DNA of 64,000 bases from Heptranchias perlo (taxonomy: Eukaryota): assembly GCF_035084215.1 (NCBI RefSeq), contig NC_090340.1:2790001-2854000 (forward strand), given 5' to 3'. The first letter of the stretch is position 1; each line of letters opens with the position of its first letter. Below the pieces are notes generated by a model that worked only from the letters and a program-made list of their open reading frames with translations, had not been told where the DNA came from and searched no databases. This document shows positions 35,828-49,300 of the stretch, one piece after another. Position numbers and translations under genes: made by a program.

Positions 35828-36420
35828 GGTATACGTGAATTTGCTGTTGGTACCAGCACAACAAGGACAAAAGCTAATCGGCAGCCCATTTTACACTCTG
35901 CCTAATTTTTCTTCTATTTGAAGTGAAAGGTTGATTGATGGTAACTTGTTTAGCCTTGCGACATATAATGAGATCAGTAGCCTTAGAGGGCTATTAATCT
36001 CGACAATTCAGACGGCGCGTCTTGAAGGGGGCTACCGCTGGGCACTTCAGTATGCAAATCGGTGTCCTAATATCATGAGTGACATTCTAAGTTGGAAGTA
36101 GCCCAACCATGAAGTCAACGGAGAAAAAGCGGGAAGAGTGGAAATGCGGCGGAGTGTAAAACGGGCGGAGTGTAAATGGGCTGTTGATTTACCTTTTGTG
36201 CTACACTCAAGACGAATTTATGCCTCATATTGTTTGAAGGCAGGCAACTGGTCACAGTGACAAGTGCGATCGTGTGTTAATACTATTTCAAATCATATAT
36301 TGCCACGCCAACTTGTGCAGTGTGTAGATAATGCATATACTCAAACAATTATTCGCTCATTTCTGCGCTGGAAAGTGTCTTCTTAAATATTTGGGAAATT
36401 ACTGAAAACTTGGCAGCTTG

Positions 36421-36580
36421 GGGGTAGTTTTAACTTTCACGGATAATGTAAAACGGGCGGAATCGGATGGGCCGCCCGTTACACACTCCGCCTGATTTTC
36501 TTTTCCATTGACTTAAACGGGACAGGTTTACAAATGGCGGCCCATCGAATACCGCCTATTTACAATAACTCAGAAAGTAC
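36421..36580. mobile_element. MITE-like element
   Basis: GGGGTAGTTTTAACTTTC...TGTAAAACGGGCGGAATCGGATGGGCCGCC pairs with GGCGGCCCATCGAATACCGCC. Confidence 0.75.
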
Positions 36581-37765
36581 AAAAAAAAACCTTTTCATCT
36601 CAAAGATAAGGTCTAATTGTTGGCGATTTGGCCTAATTATTACAATACGAATTTGTAAAGTTGAATCCATGTCTATGGTTGCAATCTTGTTACATCACCA
36701 GCTTCCGTTTACTGCAGTAGACGACAAGCCTTACTGAGCTATCCAAAAATTTCCCAATAATGTAAGCAATTGCTTTGTCTAATAGGACAGAGGTGTTGAT
36801 GCTTTTTTTTCCATTAATGCTTGAACAGATCACAATGTTCTAATTTTGTTTGAGGAGTATTGATCATATAATTTTCTCAAAATATAAACGTGAATTGAAA
36901 TTTGTCAAGGACTCTTTAATCACATTCCAGCTGAAACCGGAAGATCGAAATACGCTGTATTCCGATTAATGGACCACAACTCTAAAAAAGAATACTTTTT
37001 AAGAGAGTCGCAGCACAGTTCGCTCGCAATGTACGTTCTACTCTCAATCGAGAAAGTTGAGAAATCCATTGCTAAAATATCAACTCTCATGATAAAACAG
37101 TCGGAGACTGGATAGAACATTTTGATCTTCAAAGAATTAGAGTAGGTTCTTGGTTTTGGTTTTAATTTGAATTATACGGTCCGTTATAGATTGCAAGTTG
37201 CAGCATTCACGTTTATAGAAGTCTTGACTGCAGTCAATTTGTTGATTTTGCTAATACTATTAATTTGTTACTTTTGAAAAAATATTTATATATTTGGAAT
37301 ATATTCATGAAACTAAAGCTGCGCAAATTGTAATAGTTTTATTGCAATGAGTCCTGGGGTCGCTGTTTGTTTCAGGATGTTTTTCTGATGTTTCTAACGC
37401 TTGTATCTCACTCTGAAACCAAACGGAACGTTGCTGTATATTGTCACCCTTATACGCGCAGCCCAATTAATGGAGTTCGAACCAACAGTTTGGAATGAGG
37501 TGTGCGGAATATTTAAACCTACAAGCAAGGGAAGCAACAGCATGCACTTATAGCACTTTGAGGTCGGACACTCAGCTGGGAGCTGAACATTGCTGAAGGA
37601 ATGGGGTTGGGGGAGAGTCACGATTCAACAGATAGCTATTTATGAAGTTTTAAAGGTAGTGTAAAAACAGATGCAACTGATTTTGCAAAAGACCCTACCT
37701 AATCGCTTCTGACTGGAGGAAAGAGGCAGGGAACAGGTAACAAGACAGGATCAGAGAAACAGAGC

Positions 37766-37911
37766 GGGTAATTCTAACTTTTGGCGATAGCTTAAAGTGT
37801 GTGATATCGGTATACATAAAGCAATGGAAACAAAAATTAGGCAAGATGTATAACGGCAGCTGATCCGATATCGTCCGTTTAACATTATCGCCAAAGATTA
37901 AAATTGCCCCC
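37766..37911. mobile_element. MITE-like element with both termini
   Basis: GGGTAATTCTAACTTTTGGCGATA pairs with TATCGCCAAAGATTAAAATTGCCCC. Confidence 0.8.
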
Positions 37912-39065
37912 AAAGGGCGCGGTCTGCCGAGTATGATGAAGAATAGGGTGCGTTTACCAATGAGTAATAGTGAGGGGCGACATAGAGTAGACATTTAACA
38001 TATTGCGCAGATCAACACCCACCATTAACACTTTCAGTTGTTCGTATATTGTGCGCTCAGGTAAGAACTATAAAAAATATTTGCATGCAGAAACCCAAAG
38101 GACTGACTAATTTAAAACAGCATCGTATTGTATAACACATCAAGAAACTCTAAACACTGGTCTCGATGTTACTGACTCTGATTGTTATGCTGGGGCATTT
38201 AACATTCTCTTTACCACTTGACGAAGACACAATCGCACCAACAAAGGTTGTCAGCTGAAACAACCTCGATTTTATGTTCAATCGCTTGGAAGTCTGGACG
38301 CTGCCGCTACAATTGCTGGACTGAAATTCTAGAACTGAAAGTTATATATTCTGGAGCAAACACCTGCATTATAAGGTACTAGCCAAACGGAATTTAAAAC
38401 GTCACTACTAAGGAAAAGCTAAAGTTTGATTCCAACAGAGTATAACATTGAAATTGATGGCAGTACTGATATATAAGATTCAAATGTCATATACAGCCCA
38501 GAGAAAGAGAAACCTTTTTAACAAATGCCACATTGTGGAACAAAAAGAACAATACAGTAATAAGATGATCCGGTAGACACCCCATGGGAATCCGAATCCG
38601 GCGGTTTCTACAATGGACGGTCGATCTTCAATGCCAGTTTTAAGCCTGGCAGCAATTTTTACACCCCGCCCGCTTTTATTTCCATTGACAACAGTGGAAA
38701 CGAAAATCCCAGGCTTGGTGTAAAACGGGCTGCCGATTACCAAGAGCCCATTTGGCGCAACTGGTCTAGAACCATAGACTTCTCTATTTGCCATGTCGTT
38801 ACAAATCTTTCAGTTTCAAGTACACACACTTCCACTGTTTTTTTCCGCAAAACGTAATGTTTGACATTTCGGTCCATTGAAGTACAGTTCCTGACCTATT
38901 TGCACACACTGCAAACCTGTCTATGTCCAACTGTAATGTTACAAATTACAAAGAATGTACAGCATTGAAACAGGCCATTCGGCCCATCAGGTAAATACCT
39001 GCGTTCATGCTTCACTTGAGCCTCATTCGCCTATCAACAAATCCTTCTATTCCCTTCTCTTCCTC

Positions 39066-42018
39066 ACAAATAACTACGTATGGGTATGATCTTGTGGCCA
39101 TTACAGAAACATGGCTGCAGGGTGACAACGACTGGGAATTAAATATGCCAGGGTATTTAACAATCAGGAAGGACAGGCAGGAAGGAAGGGGAGGTGGGGT
39201 GGCTATGTTAATAAAGGAAGGAATCACTGTAATACAGAGAAATGATATTGGGACAAAGCATCAAGATAATGAAACAGTTTGGGTGGAGATAAGGAATAAT
39301 AAGGGAAAAAAACATTAGTGGGCGTAGTATATAGGCCTCCTAATAGTTGCAACTCTGCTGGAAGAAGTATTAATCAGGAGATAGTCGGGGCATGTAATAA
39401 GGGAACAGCCATAATTATGGGGGATTTTAATTATCATATTAACTGGACAAATCAAATTGGGCAGAGCAGCCTTGAGGACGAGTTCATTGAGTGCATCAGG
39501 GATGGATTTCTTGAGCAGTATGTAACTGATCCTACAAGGGGGCAGGCAACCTTGGACCTGGTCCTGTGTAATGAGTCAGGATTAATTAATAATGTCCTAG
39601 TTAAGGATCCCCTTGGAACGAGCGACCACAACATGGTTGAATTCCATATCCAATTAGAGGGTGAGAAGGTTGATTCTCAAACAAGCGTACTGAGCTTGAA
39701 TAAAGGAGACTATGATGGTATGAGAGCGGAATTGATTAAAGTGGACTGGGAAAATAGATTAAAGGGTAAGACGGTACATGAGCAGTGGTGTTCATTTAGG
39801 GAGTTATTTTACAACTTTCAAAATAAATATATTCCACTGAGGAAAAAAGGGTGTAAAAGAAATGACAGCCACCCGTGGCTAAGTAAAGAAATCAAGGATA
39901 GTATCCGACTAAAAACAAGGACATATAAGGTAGCCAAACTTAGTGGGAAGATAGAAGATTGGGAATTCTTCAAAAGACAGCAAAAAGTAACTAAAGGATT
40001 GATTAAGAAAAGGAAGTTAGATTATGAAAAGAAATTAGCAAAAAATATAAAAACAGATAGCAAGAGTTTCTATAGTTATATAAAAAGAAAAAGGGTGGCT
40101 AAGGCAAACATAGGTCCCTTAGAGGATGAGACCGGGAAATTAATGGTGGGAAACATGGAGATGGCAAAAATGCTGAACAAATATTTTGTTTCAGTCTTTA
40201 CAGTAGAGGACACTAAGAATATCACAACACTGGACAAACAGGGGACTCTCGGGGGGGAGGAGCTAAATACGATTAAAATCACTCAAGAGATGGTACTCAG
40301 TAAAATAATGGGACTCAAGGCGGATAAATCCCCTGGACCTGATGGCTTCCATCCTAGGGTCTTGAGGGAAGTGGCAGTAGGGATTGTGGATGCTTTGGTG
40401 ATAGTTTTCCAAAATTCCCTGGACTCAGGAGAGGTCCCGGCAGATTGGAAAACTGCTAATGTAACACCGTTATTTAAAAAGGGTAGTAGGCAGAAGGCTG
40501 GAAATTATAGGCCAGTTAGCTTAACATCTGTGGTGGGTAAAATTTTGGAGTCTATTATTAAGGAGACAGTAACGGAACATTTAGATAAGCATAATTTAAT
40601 AGGACAAAGTCAGCATGGCTTTATGAAGGGGAAGTCATGTCTGACAAATTTGCTTGAGTTCTTCGAGGATATAACGTATAGGGTGGATAAAGGGGAACCA
40701 GTGGACGTAGTGTATTTAGACTTCCAGAAGGCATTCGACAAGGTGCCACATAAAAGATTATTACTTAAGATAAAAAATCACGGGATTGGGGGTAACATTC
40801 TGGCATGGGTGGAGGATTGGTTATCAAACAGGAAGCAGAGAGTTGGGATAAATGGTTCATTTTCGGACTGGCAACCAGTAACCAGTGGTGTTCCACAGGG
40901 GTCGGTGCTGGGTCCCCAACTCTTTACAATCTATATTAACGATTTGGAGGAGGGGACCGAGTGCAACATATCAAAATTTGCAGATGATACAAAGATGGGA
41001 GGGAAAGTAGAGAGTGAGGAGGACATAAAAAACCTGCAAGGGGATATAGACAGGCTGGGTGAGTGGGCGGAGATTTGGCAGATGCAATATAATATTGGAA
41101 AATGTGAGGTTATGCACTTTGGCAGGAAAAATCAGAGAGCAAGTTATTTTCTTAATGGCGAGAGACTGGAAAGTACTGCAGTACAAAGGGATCTGGGGGT
41201 CCTAGTGCAAGAAAATCAAAAAGTTGGTATGCAGGTGCAGCAGGTGATCAAGAAAGCCAACGGAATGTTGGCTTTTATTGCTCGGGGGATAGAATATAAA
41301 AACAAGGAGGTATTGCTGCAGTTATATAAGGTATTGGTGAGACCGCACCTGGAATACTGCATACAGTTTTGGTCTCCATACTTAAGAAAAGACATACTTG
41401 CTCTCGAGGCAGTACAAAGAAGGTTCACTCGGTTAATCCCGGGGATGAGGGGGCGGACATATGAGGAGAGGTTGAGTAGATTGGGACTCTACTCATTGGA
41501 GTTCAGAAGAATGAGAGGCGATCTTATTGAAACATATAAGATTGTGAAGGGTCTTGATCGGGTGGATGCGGTAAGGATGTTCCCAAAGATGGGTGAAACT
41601 AGAACTAGGGGGCATAATCTTAGAATAAGGGGCTGCTCTTTCAAAACTGAGATGAGGAGAAACTTCTTCACTCAGAGGGTGGTAGGTCTGTGGAATTTGC
41701 TGCCCCAGGAAGCTGTGGAAGCTACATCATTAGATAAATTTAAAACAGAAATAGACAGTTTCCTAGAAGTAAAGGGAATTAGGGGTTATGGGGAGCGGGC
41801 AGGAAATTGGACATGAAGCTGAGTTCGGATCGGTCAATGCCCTGTGGGTGGCGGAGAGGGCCCAGGGGCTATGTGGCCGGGTCCTGCTCCGACTTCTTGT
41901 GTTCTTTAGATTTGTGGTTGGGATCAGTTCAGCCATGATCTTGTTGAATGGCGGAGCAGGCTCGAGGGGCCGATTGGCCTACTCCTGCTCCAATTTCTTA
42001 TGTTCTTATGTTCTTATG
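39066..42018 (+). mobile_element. Young 5'-truncated CR1 with a nearly complete ORF2
   Basis: Starts inside the endonuclease (YDLVAITETWL), has one frameshift at about 39310 and a (TTCTTATG)n tail. Confidence 0.95.
39318..41816 (+). CDS. CR1 ORF2 endonuclease/reverse transcriptase, 832-aa open segment
   Basis: [47 protein letters not shown]. Confidence 0.9.
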   Translation: MGVVYRPPNSCNSAGRSINQEIVGACNKGTAIIMGDFNYHINWTNQIGQSSLEDEFIECIRDGFLEQYVTDPTRGQATLDLVLCNESGLINNVLVKDPLGTSDHNMVEFHIQLEGEKVDSQTSVLSLNKGDYDGMRAELIKVDWENRLKGKTVHEQWCSFRELFYNFQNKYIPLRKKGCKRNDSHPWLSKEIKDSIRLKTRTYKVAKLSGKIEDWEFFKRQQKVTKGLIKKRKLDYEKKLAKNIKTDSKSFYSYIKRKRVAKANIGPLEDETGKLMVGNMEMAKMLNKYFVSVFTVEDTKNITTLDKQGTLGGEELNTIKITQEMVLSKIMGLKADKSPGPDGFHPRVLREVAVGIVDALVIVFQNSLDSGEVPADWKTANVTPLFKKGSRQKAGNYRPVSLTSVVGKILESIIKETVTEHLDKHNLIGQSQHGFMKGKSCLTNLLEFFEDITYRVDKGEPVDVVYLDFQKAFDKVPHKRLLLKIKNHGIGGNILAWVEDWLSNRKQRVGINGSFSDWQPVTSGVPQGSVLGPQLFTIYINDLEEGTECNISKFADDTKMGGKVESEEDIKNLQGDIDRLGEWAEIWQMQYNIGKCEVMHFGRKNQRASYFLNGERLESTAVQRDLGVLVQENQKVGMQVQQVIKKANGMLAFIARGIEYKNKEVLLQLYKVLVRPHLEYCIQFWSPYLRKDILALEAVQRRFTRLIPGMRGRTYEERLSRLGLYSLEFRRMRGDLIETYKIVKGLDRVDAVRMFPKMGETRTRGHNLRIRGCSFKTEMRRNFFTQRVVGLWNLLPQEAVEATSLDKFKTEIDSFLEVKGIRGYGERAGNWT

Positions 42019-42439
42019 TACGTGTTTACCAAGCTTCCCCTTAAATGCGTCTACGATGGTCGCCTCAACTATTCCTTGTGATGTCGAGTTCCACATTCTT
42101 ACCACTCTCTGGGTGAAGAAGTTAGTCCTGAATGCCCTATTGGATTTTTAGTGACTAGTAAAATACACTCGTGGACCTTATCCATTAATGAGTGCAATTT
42201 TCGAGTTTTTAAGTTGCTCGTCAACTAGCCATGACTATCCAGACTGAAACCATAGCGATGACTAGACCAGGAGCCCCAGATGTTGCAAAGGTAACCTCAA
42301 GTGAAGCAGGATTCATCCACCGTTGTACCCAGGTACAAATCGGAGGGTTCACTGACTGTACCGGTAACCGCACGGGGAGAAAGAGAAAAAAAACACAAGC
42401 TAAAACTAACGTACACTACAAAGATCAAGAACATTTAAG

Positions 42440-43562
42440 GTAGAAGCCCATGGAATCGAGTGAAAAGTACGGACTTGGTTAGGAAGTTGGCTGAGCGAAA
42501 GGCGACAGAGAATAGGGATAATGGGAAGGTACTCACATTGGCAGGATGTGACTAGTGGAGGCCCGCAGGGATCTGTTTTGGGGCCTCAATTGTTCACAAT
42601 ATTTATTAACGACTTAGATGAAGGCATAGAACGTCTCATATCTAAGTTTGGCGATGACACAAAGATTGGAGACATTGTAAGCAGTGTAGATGAAAACATA
42701 ACATTACAAAGCGATATTGATAGATTAGGTGAATGGGCAAAACTGTGGCAAATGGAATTCAATGTAAACAAATATCAGGTCATCCACTTTGGATCAAAAA
42801 AGGATAGAACAGGTTACTTTCTAAATGGTAAAAAGTTAAAAAGAGTGGATGCCCAAAGGGACTGAGGGGTTCAGGTACATAGATCATTGAAGTGTCATGA
42901 ACTGGTGCAGAAAATAATCAATAAGGCTAATGGAATGCTGGCCTTTATATCGAGAGGACTAGAGTACAAGGGGGCTGAAGTTATGCTGCAGCTGTACAAA
43001 ACCCTGGACCACACCTGGAGTACTGTGAGCAGTTCTGGGCCCCGCACCTTCGGAAGGACATATTGGCCTTGGAGGGAGTGCAGCGTAGGTTTACTAGAAT
43101 GATACCCGGACATCAAGGGTTAAGTTACGAGGAGAGATTACACAAATTGGGGTTGTATTCTCTAGAGTTTCGAAGGTTAAGGGGTGATGTGATCGAAGTT
43201 TATAAAATATTAAGGGGAACGGATAGGGTGGATAGAGAGAACCAATTTCCGCTGGTTGGGGATTTTAGGAGAAGGGGGCACAGTCTAAAAATTAGAGCCA
43301 GACCTTTCAGGAGCGAGATTAGAAAATATTTCTGCACACAAAGGGTTGTAGAAGTTTGGAACTCTCTTCCGGAAAGGCAATTGATACTAGCTCAATTGCT
43401 AAATTTAAATGTGAGATAGATAGCTTTTTGGCAACCAAAGGTATTAAGGGATATGGGCCAAAGGCAGGTATATGGAGTTCGATCACAGATCAGCCATGAT
43501 CTTATCAAATGGCGGAGCAGGCACGAGGGGCTGAATGGCCTACTCCTGTTCCTATGTTCCTA
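42440..43562 (+). mobile_element. CR1 3' fragment, same subfamily as 58698-61497
   Basis: MGRYSHWQDVTSG is shared; tail CCTGTTCCTATGTTCCTA. Confidence 0.9.
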
Positions 43563-44509
43563 ATATTGTCATGATCAATAACAAAAGAACACAGTTGAAC
43601 TCATCAGTAATCCAAAATAATAAATCAACAATAAAATATAAGCGGCAGAATACGCATTAAAATCCATAATAATAAAGTAGTCATGTTTGAAAGTCTAAAA
43701 TCTAGGTCTTAAAATAATGATCATTTGCAGGAGGGTATTCCATCATAATCCTTCCATGTGTGAAATCCTTACTGGGTCCCCCGAACCGGGGGATCGCCGC
43801 TCCGATATTCCCGATAAAATCATTTGCTGGACCGGAGATTGACTTCTTCCCCGAAAGTCTTGATAGAGGCAATGTTGCAGCACTCCAGGAGGAGGTCCAG
43901 CAGTCAGCGTTTATTTTTCGCCCAGGGCAGTTACTTCCCACAGACGGGGAGGTTACAGTTTCTCAACCGGCAATGTATAAATTTACATATTTTTATAAAA
44001 TTTCCCTCCTGGTGGGGGTGATCTCCAAGACCATCAGCGAGTGTTTTCTTTGAACGCAGTTTGTGGGACCACGACCGCTACAACAGAGAACCTTCCACGA
44101 CTATTGTAGATCAGGCTGTGGTTCATGACTGCGACCTGTTGAGTGCTAGTTGACCCGGAAGTATGACAGAACTGTCGACTCAGTATAGCTGCCCACGACG
44201 GTGGACTAAAACAAATAACTGCGAGCGAGCAAATCGATACCCGAACGCAATAGCAACGCCTCAGAGAACTGAGTTCTCGACCTAAGTCAAGATGGTCATA
44301 GTACCCACGCAGCAACCCTAGGAGATCAACCTAAGTAGGTTCTCTGGACAGCCCATTTAGCCAATGTTTGTATGTTGTTACCGGCGGGACCACGAGGAGG
44401 CACCGCTCTCTGCGACTGAGAGCCTACAAGAGGGTCGCAGCTACAAAACTATGGCTCTCTTGGGAGACCAAACAATATAAAGAATCCCAAGAGAGTCATA
44501 GTTACTCCC

Positions 44510-45135
44510 CTTATACTTATGGTGCCTAGTTCTGGTCTTCGCCGCAAGTGGAAACATCTTTATGTCTACCCCATCAAACCCTTTCATATTCTTGAATACC
44601 TCTTTCAGGCCATCCCTCGGTCTTTTATTTTCCAGAGAAAAATGCCCCGGCCCAATCAATCTTTTCTGATAGGTATAACCTCTCATTTGCGGTTTCACTC
44701 TAGTATACATTTTTTTTGCACCTTCTCCAGTGCCTCTACATCCTTTTTATAGTGTGGATACCAGAACTGCTCGCATTACTCCAAGTGTGGTCTAATCAAG
44801 GTTCTCTTCAAGTTTAGCATAACTTCTCTGCTTTCCAATTCTTTTCCTCTAGCAATGAACCCCATTGCTCGGTTTGCCTTTTTATTATCTTATTAACCTG
44901 CTTCGCTACTTTTAGTGTCTTGTGAATTGGTACCCCTAAATCCCTCTGGTCCTCATATCCCATTTAGACTCTTATTTTCCAAGGGGTATGTGGCCTCTTT
45001 CTTAATCCTACAAAAATGTACCACCTCTTATTAAAATTAATTTACCAATTACAACTTTATTAATGTCTTCTTGTATTTTGTTGCAGTCTTCCTCAGTATT
45101 AACTTTACCCCTCAATTTGGTGTCGCCCGCAAAAA
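44510..45135 (-). mobile_element. Degraded CR1 fragment
   Basis: Minus-strand RDGLKEVFKNMKGFD; CCAGAACTG...TACTCCAAGTGTGGTCT. Confidence 0.75.
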
Positions 45136-47179
45136 TGTATTGCATTCTTCCTCACAGTTTTAATGCATCTAATTTAGTAGTATCAGAAAACTTCAGTATC
45201 CTTCCTCTTGTGCCTATTAGGTCAACCGACTAGATTAATCTAAATTATATCGGCTAGGACACCAGAGATAAATCAACTTTTTGGTTTTATTATTGTTGAG
45301 AGAAAGGACATGCAAGGTTATACTAACACCTAACCAATCTTGGCGAGTTCTCAGCCGAGAATATTAAAGAATTACAGAATGTGATCCTATTTATACAGTC
45401 AGAGAAATAGTTGCTACACAACCTCCGATGACGTGTTCTGAACCCATCAACTCTGAGATTATTGTCATGTGATCTACCTGTAATATGCTACTACACCAGT
45501 AGATGTCAATGCTGCACCACATATACTCTATTCTCACGAGAACGTGGAGAATATTTAATTTCTGATCAGTAAAATGTAAGAAAATTTTGCAGGTTATAAA
45601 CATCACAGCTTTCCAGAATAACGTAAACGAGGAATTGTGCCACCAAACCAGCCATCATTCTTTACACAAACCTGTTGATACTTTTTAAATTGTCGTAAAC
45701 TGACAAATACCCTGCTTACGTTGCCTTGGCCTGCAGAAGGCAAACGACCTAATCTAAACCACGTGTTAGCCTCTTTCACACAAAATCATTCTCAAACTAC
45801 ACAGATATTAGCACTGACTTCTGTATTGTTAATCTATTTTTCCCTCATTTTTTCTCGCCAGATGCTGTACACTTTCTATTCCGTCATGTCTAAAGTCCAC
45901 CTGCGATACATTTTCATCTTTTCTTTAGTAATCCATACTAACTATCCCATGGCACCCTTTTACCTATGTCTAGCTGATAACCTAGTAACTTACACACTGT
46001 CCTACACCTATGTCCTAACTATTCATATGAATGGAGAAAAATAGGTATCTAGTAAAGGGCACACAACTGCCCACAACCCGCCATCCGAAAACAAAATCGA
46101 TCTAAGCCTCTTTGCTCTCTGTTCACTAGATATCGCTCTATTCACTTGGCTGCATGTGTTTTAATTTCACACCACGTATGTTTTGTAACAACTCGCTATT
46201 TGGCGTCCTATCATGCTCAGTCATTTTTAAATACCCAGTTAGAAACAATTTCCACCCATATGGACTCTGATTCTAAGATATCAGGCTTTATTTGTACATC
46301 ATACAGATCTTATTGGTGCATGTAACTGCGAAGACTGCCAATGCCATCGAAGACATAGGGTGTGGCACCCAAAGAATGTAATGTGAATCTATCTTCAGAG
46401 ATTTTAGAGATAAGATATTATACACCTCGGCCTCCATATTCAGATATATGAATGGACCAGTTTCGTAAATATGTTCAAAGCTCGTAAGATGGCGTTTAAA
46501 GATTTAAATCTATATTAAGAAGCTATCTGAACCTCACAGAATATTACCTCCAGGTTTTAATGGCGGATCAATATAAATAAAATGATACTGCAAGAAATAC
46601 AGCTTTATTTGTTTAACATTTAAGGGTAGGAAGGTGGGTCAAAGTAGAGATGTCGATTTAAAATAAGGAAATTGTTCAAGTTTTTACCGATCATCCTCCA
46701 ATAAGCAGCACATGTTTGCACAATTTCACTTTTAGTTCAAGTATTTTCACCAATGTTGAGATGCTGCATTAAGATTTCTGGGCATATTTAACACCCTGAT
46801 TGTTTTCTTACTTGGGGAAGGGGCGGGTGGGGGGTGCTCACTGGGGATCGAAATTACTGTTCTCTGGGGGATGGGCAGGTCATGTGAGAGGGGAGCAAAA
46901 GAATGAACAATCATATTTGCCCTTTGGGTACTGCGGGGTTGATGGGCTGAATATGGCATTCCCTTTCTTCGAACTTTCGCAAATGTATTATTATCCAAAG
47001 GGATAATTGAGCCAATATTAACATAATAATAGTCAAAAATCATGATTCGTGAAGGCGCAGAAGTTCGAATGATAAGTTAATAAGCTAACACATGTTCAGA
47101 TGAGTGAGGAAGTTGGTTGAGAACGTTGTGTACAAATGAGAACAGTGGCTGGAGTCGTACCAAGTACAAGATGGTAGAT

Positions 47180-48206
47180 GGTAGTGGTTGTTGGAGCCAA
47201 TCATCTCAGCCTCAGGACATTGCTGCAGGAGTTCCTCAGGACAGTGTCCTAGGCCCAACCATCTTCAGTTGCTTCATCAATGACCTTCCCTCCACAGTAA
47301 GGTCAGAAATGGGGACGTTCGCTGATGATTGCATAGTGTTCAGTTCCATTCGCAAACCCTCAGATATTGAAGCAGCCCGTGCCCGCCTGCAGCAAGACCT
47401 GGACAACATCCAGGCTTGGGCTCATAAGTGGCAAGTAACATTCGCGCCAGACAAGTGCCAGGCAATGACCATCTCCAACAAGAGAGAGTCTAGCCACCTC
47501 CCCTTGACATTCAACAGCATTACCATCACCGAATCCCCCACCATCAACTTACTGGGGGTTACCATTGACCAGAAACTTAACTGGACCAGCCACATAAATA
47601 CCGCGGCTACAAGAGCAGGTCAGAGGTTGGGTATTCTGCAGCGAGTGACTCACCTCCTGACTCCCCAAAGCATTTCCACCATCTACAAGGCACAAGTCAG
47701 GATTGTGATAGAATACTCTCCACTTGCCTGGATGAGTGCAGCTCCAACAACACTCAAGAAGCTTGACACCATCCAGGACAAAGCAGCCCGCTTGATTGGC
47801 ACCCCATTCACCAACCTAAACATTCACTCCCTTCACCACCAGCGCACCATGGCTGCAGTGTGCACCATCCACAGGATGCACTGCAGCAAATCGCCAAGGC
47901 TTCTTCGACAGCACCTGGGAAACCCTCGACCTCTACCACCCAGAAGGACAAGGGCAGCAGACACATGGGAACAACACCACCTACACGTTCCCTTCCAAGT
48001 CACAAACCATCTCGACTTGGAAATATATCGCCGTTCCTTCATCGTTGCTGTGTCAAAATCCTGGACCTCCCTTCCTAACAGCACTGTGGGAGAACGTTCA
48101 CCACAGCGGTTCAAGAAGGCGGCTCACCAGTACCTTTTCAAGGGCAATTAGGGATGGGCAATAAATGCCAGCGACGCCCAATTCCCATGAACGAGTTAAA
48201 AAAAAA
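47180..48206 (+). mobile_element. Family-B LINE, 3' 1 kb
   Basis: GVPQDSVLGP, FADD, WQVTFAPDKCQ; poly(A) end. Confidence 0.92.
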
Positions 48207-48869
48207 CATATACAAAAATCGAAGGTAAACATAACCGTGAAGCAGATGTTGGAAACTGGATAGTTTTCCCGTTGACCTAGGCAGTTAAAAGATAGCCTTC
48301 CAGCAATATTTCTACAATCGATATCCCTCCGAGGAGAAGAAAAAACGTAAAGAAAAGAAACTGGACAAACAAGGAATGGCAGTAACTTCATAATTCTACT
48401 AATTTGTGTCTAAGGAGGGGGTGATTTTTTTTTCGTGGTGGAATATCCGCAGCAATTATGTTGCAGATACTTCAGCTCACTACACCGATCTCCTATTTTC
48501 TCCATCAGTTCCTGTTTTTAAGGTTGTCACCAGGAGTACACACTTTTTAGGGCTCGGCACCAGCCCCCGACTTTCGGGGTCTTGCCATCGTTACAATTTT
48601 TATCGGCGTCTCCATTGGTACTTGTTTTATGAGACTTTCCAACTCTTCGTAAAATATTATATTGGTCGTGATGAAGGGTGTTATTGTTGGGGATTGGAAC
48701 ACTTTCTATGTCTGGTAGTCAGTGTTCATTTCGAGCAGACATGCATCCTCCATTCCTCCCCATGGAATATACTTTACCTCCAGATTCCAAATAGCTGCCT
48801 TTGTGCATCATTGCGAATTATCTATTTCTTACATTAACCAGCCTTATGGTCTTGAAGAGTAGGGTTGAT

Positions 48870-49300
48870 TATGCGGTAGTATTCTCCCCTTTCAGTAAAA
48901 TTGTCATGTGTTCAAGCAGGATTCCAGGACTTGAGCATATTATCAAGACGGGTACGTCAGTGCAGCAGTGAGGGAATGCTGCACTGTTGGAGGTGCGCCT
49001 TTCCGACGAGACGTTAACCAAGTCCACCTCTGCCTGCTCGGGTGAACAAAATTATCTCAGGGCACTATTCGAAGAGCAGCGAGGGAGTTCTCTAGGTGCA
49101 CTAGCCAGCATTCATCATTCAACAAACATCACCGAAATAGATTATTCAGTCATTTGCGTTATTGCCAGTCGTGGGAGCTTGCTGTGCGGGATTTGGTTGC
49201 CGACTTTAGCAAAATATGAGCAAAAATTACACTTCAAAATAATCCATCCGTTGTAAAACTCTTTGTGTCGTTCGGAGGTTATCAAGCGCGCTGAATAAAT
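48870..49300 (+). mobile_element. Degraded Deu-domain SINE
   Basis: GAGGGAATGCTGCACTGTTGGAGGTG...GAGACGTTAA...GGGAGCTTGCTGTGCG. Confidence 0.75.

Larger units (their letters stand above)
38945..42150 (-). mobile_element. Old CR1 3' fragment split by the younger CR1 (parts about 38945-39065 and 42019-42150)
   Basis: CCTTCTATTCCCTTCTCTTCCTCA resumes as GTGTTTACCAAGCTTCCCCTTAAATG...ACCACTCTCTGGGTGAAG. Confidence 0.6.

Noticed and set aside
43690-46600. CpG-containing unique-looking sequence with CCGGAAGT, a possible promoter or second gene
   Set aside because: I could not find a coherent exon chain or domain by eye; it is probably decayed repeats and is left unannotated.
48560-48800. Possible host exon on the minus strand (FYEELESLIKQVP)
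   Set aside because: It contains a stop and looks like a decayed RTE-type endonuclease; too degraded to call.
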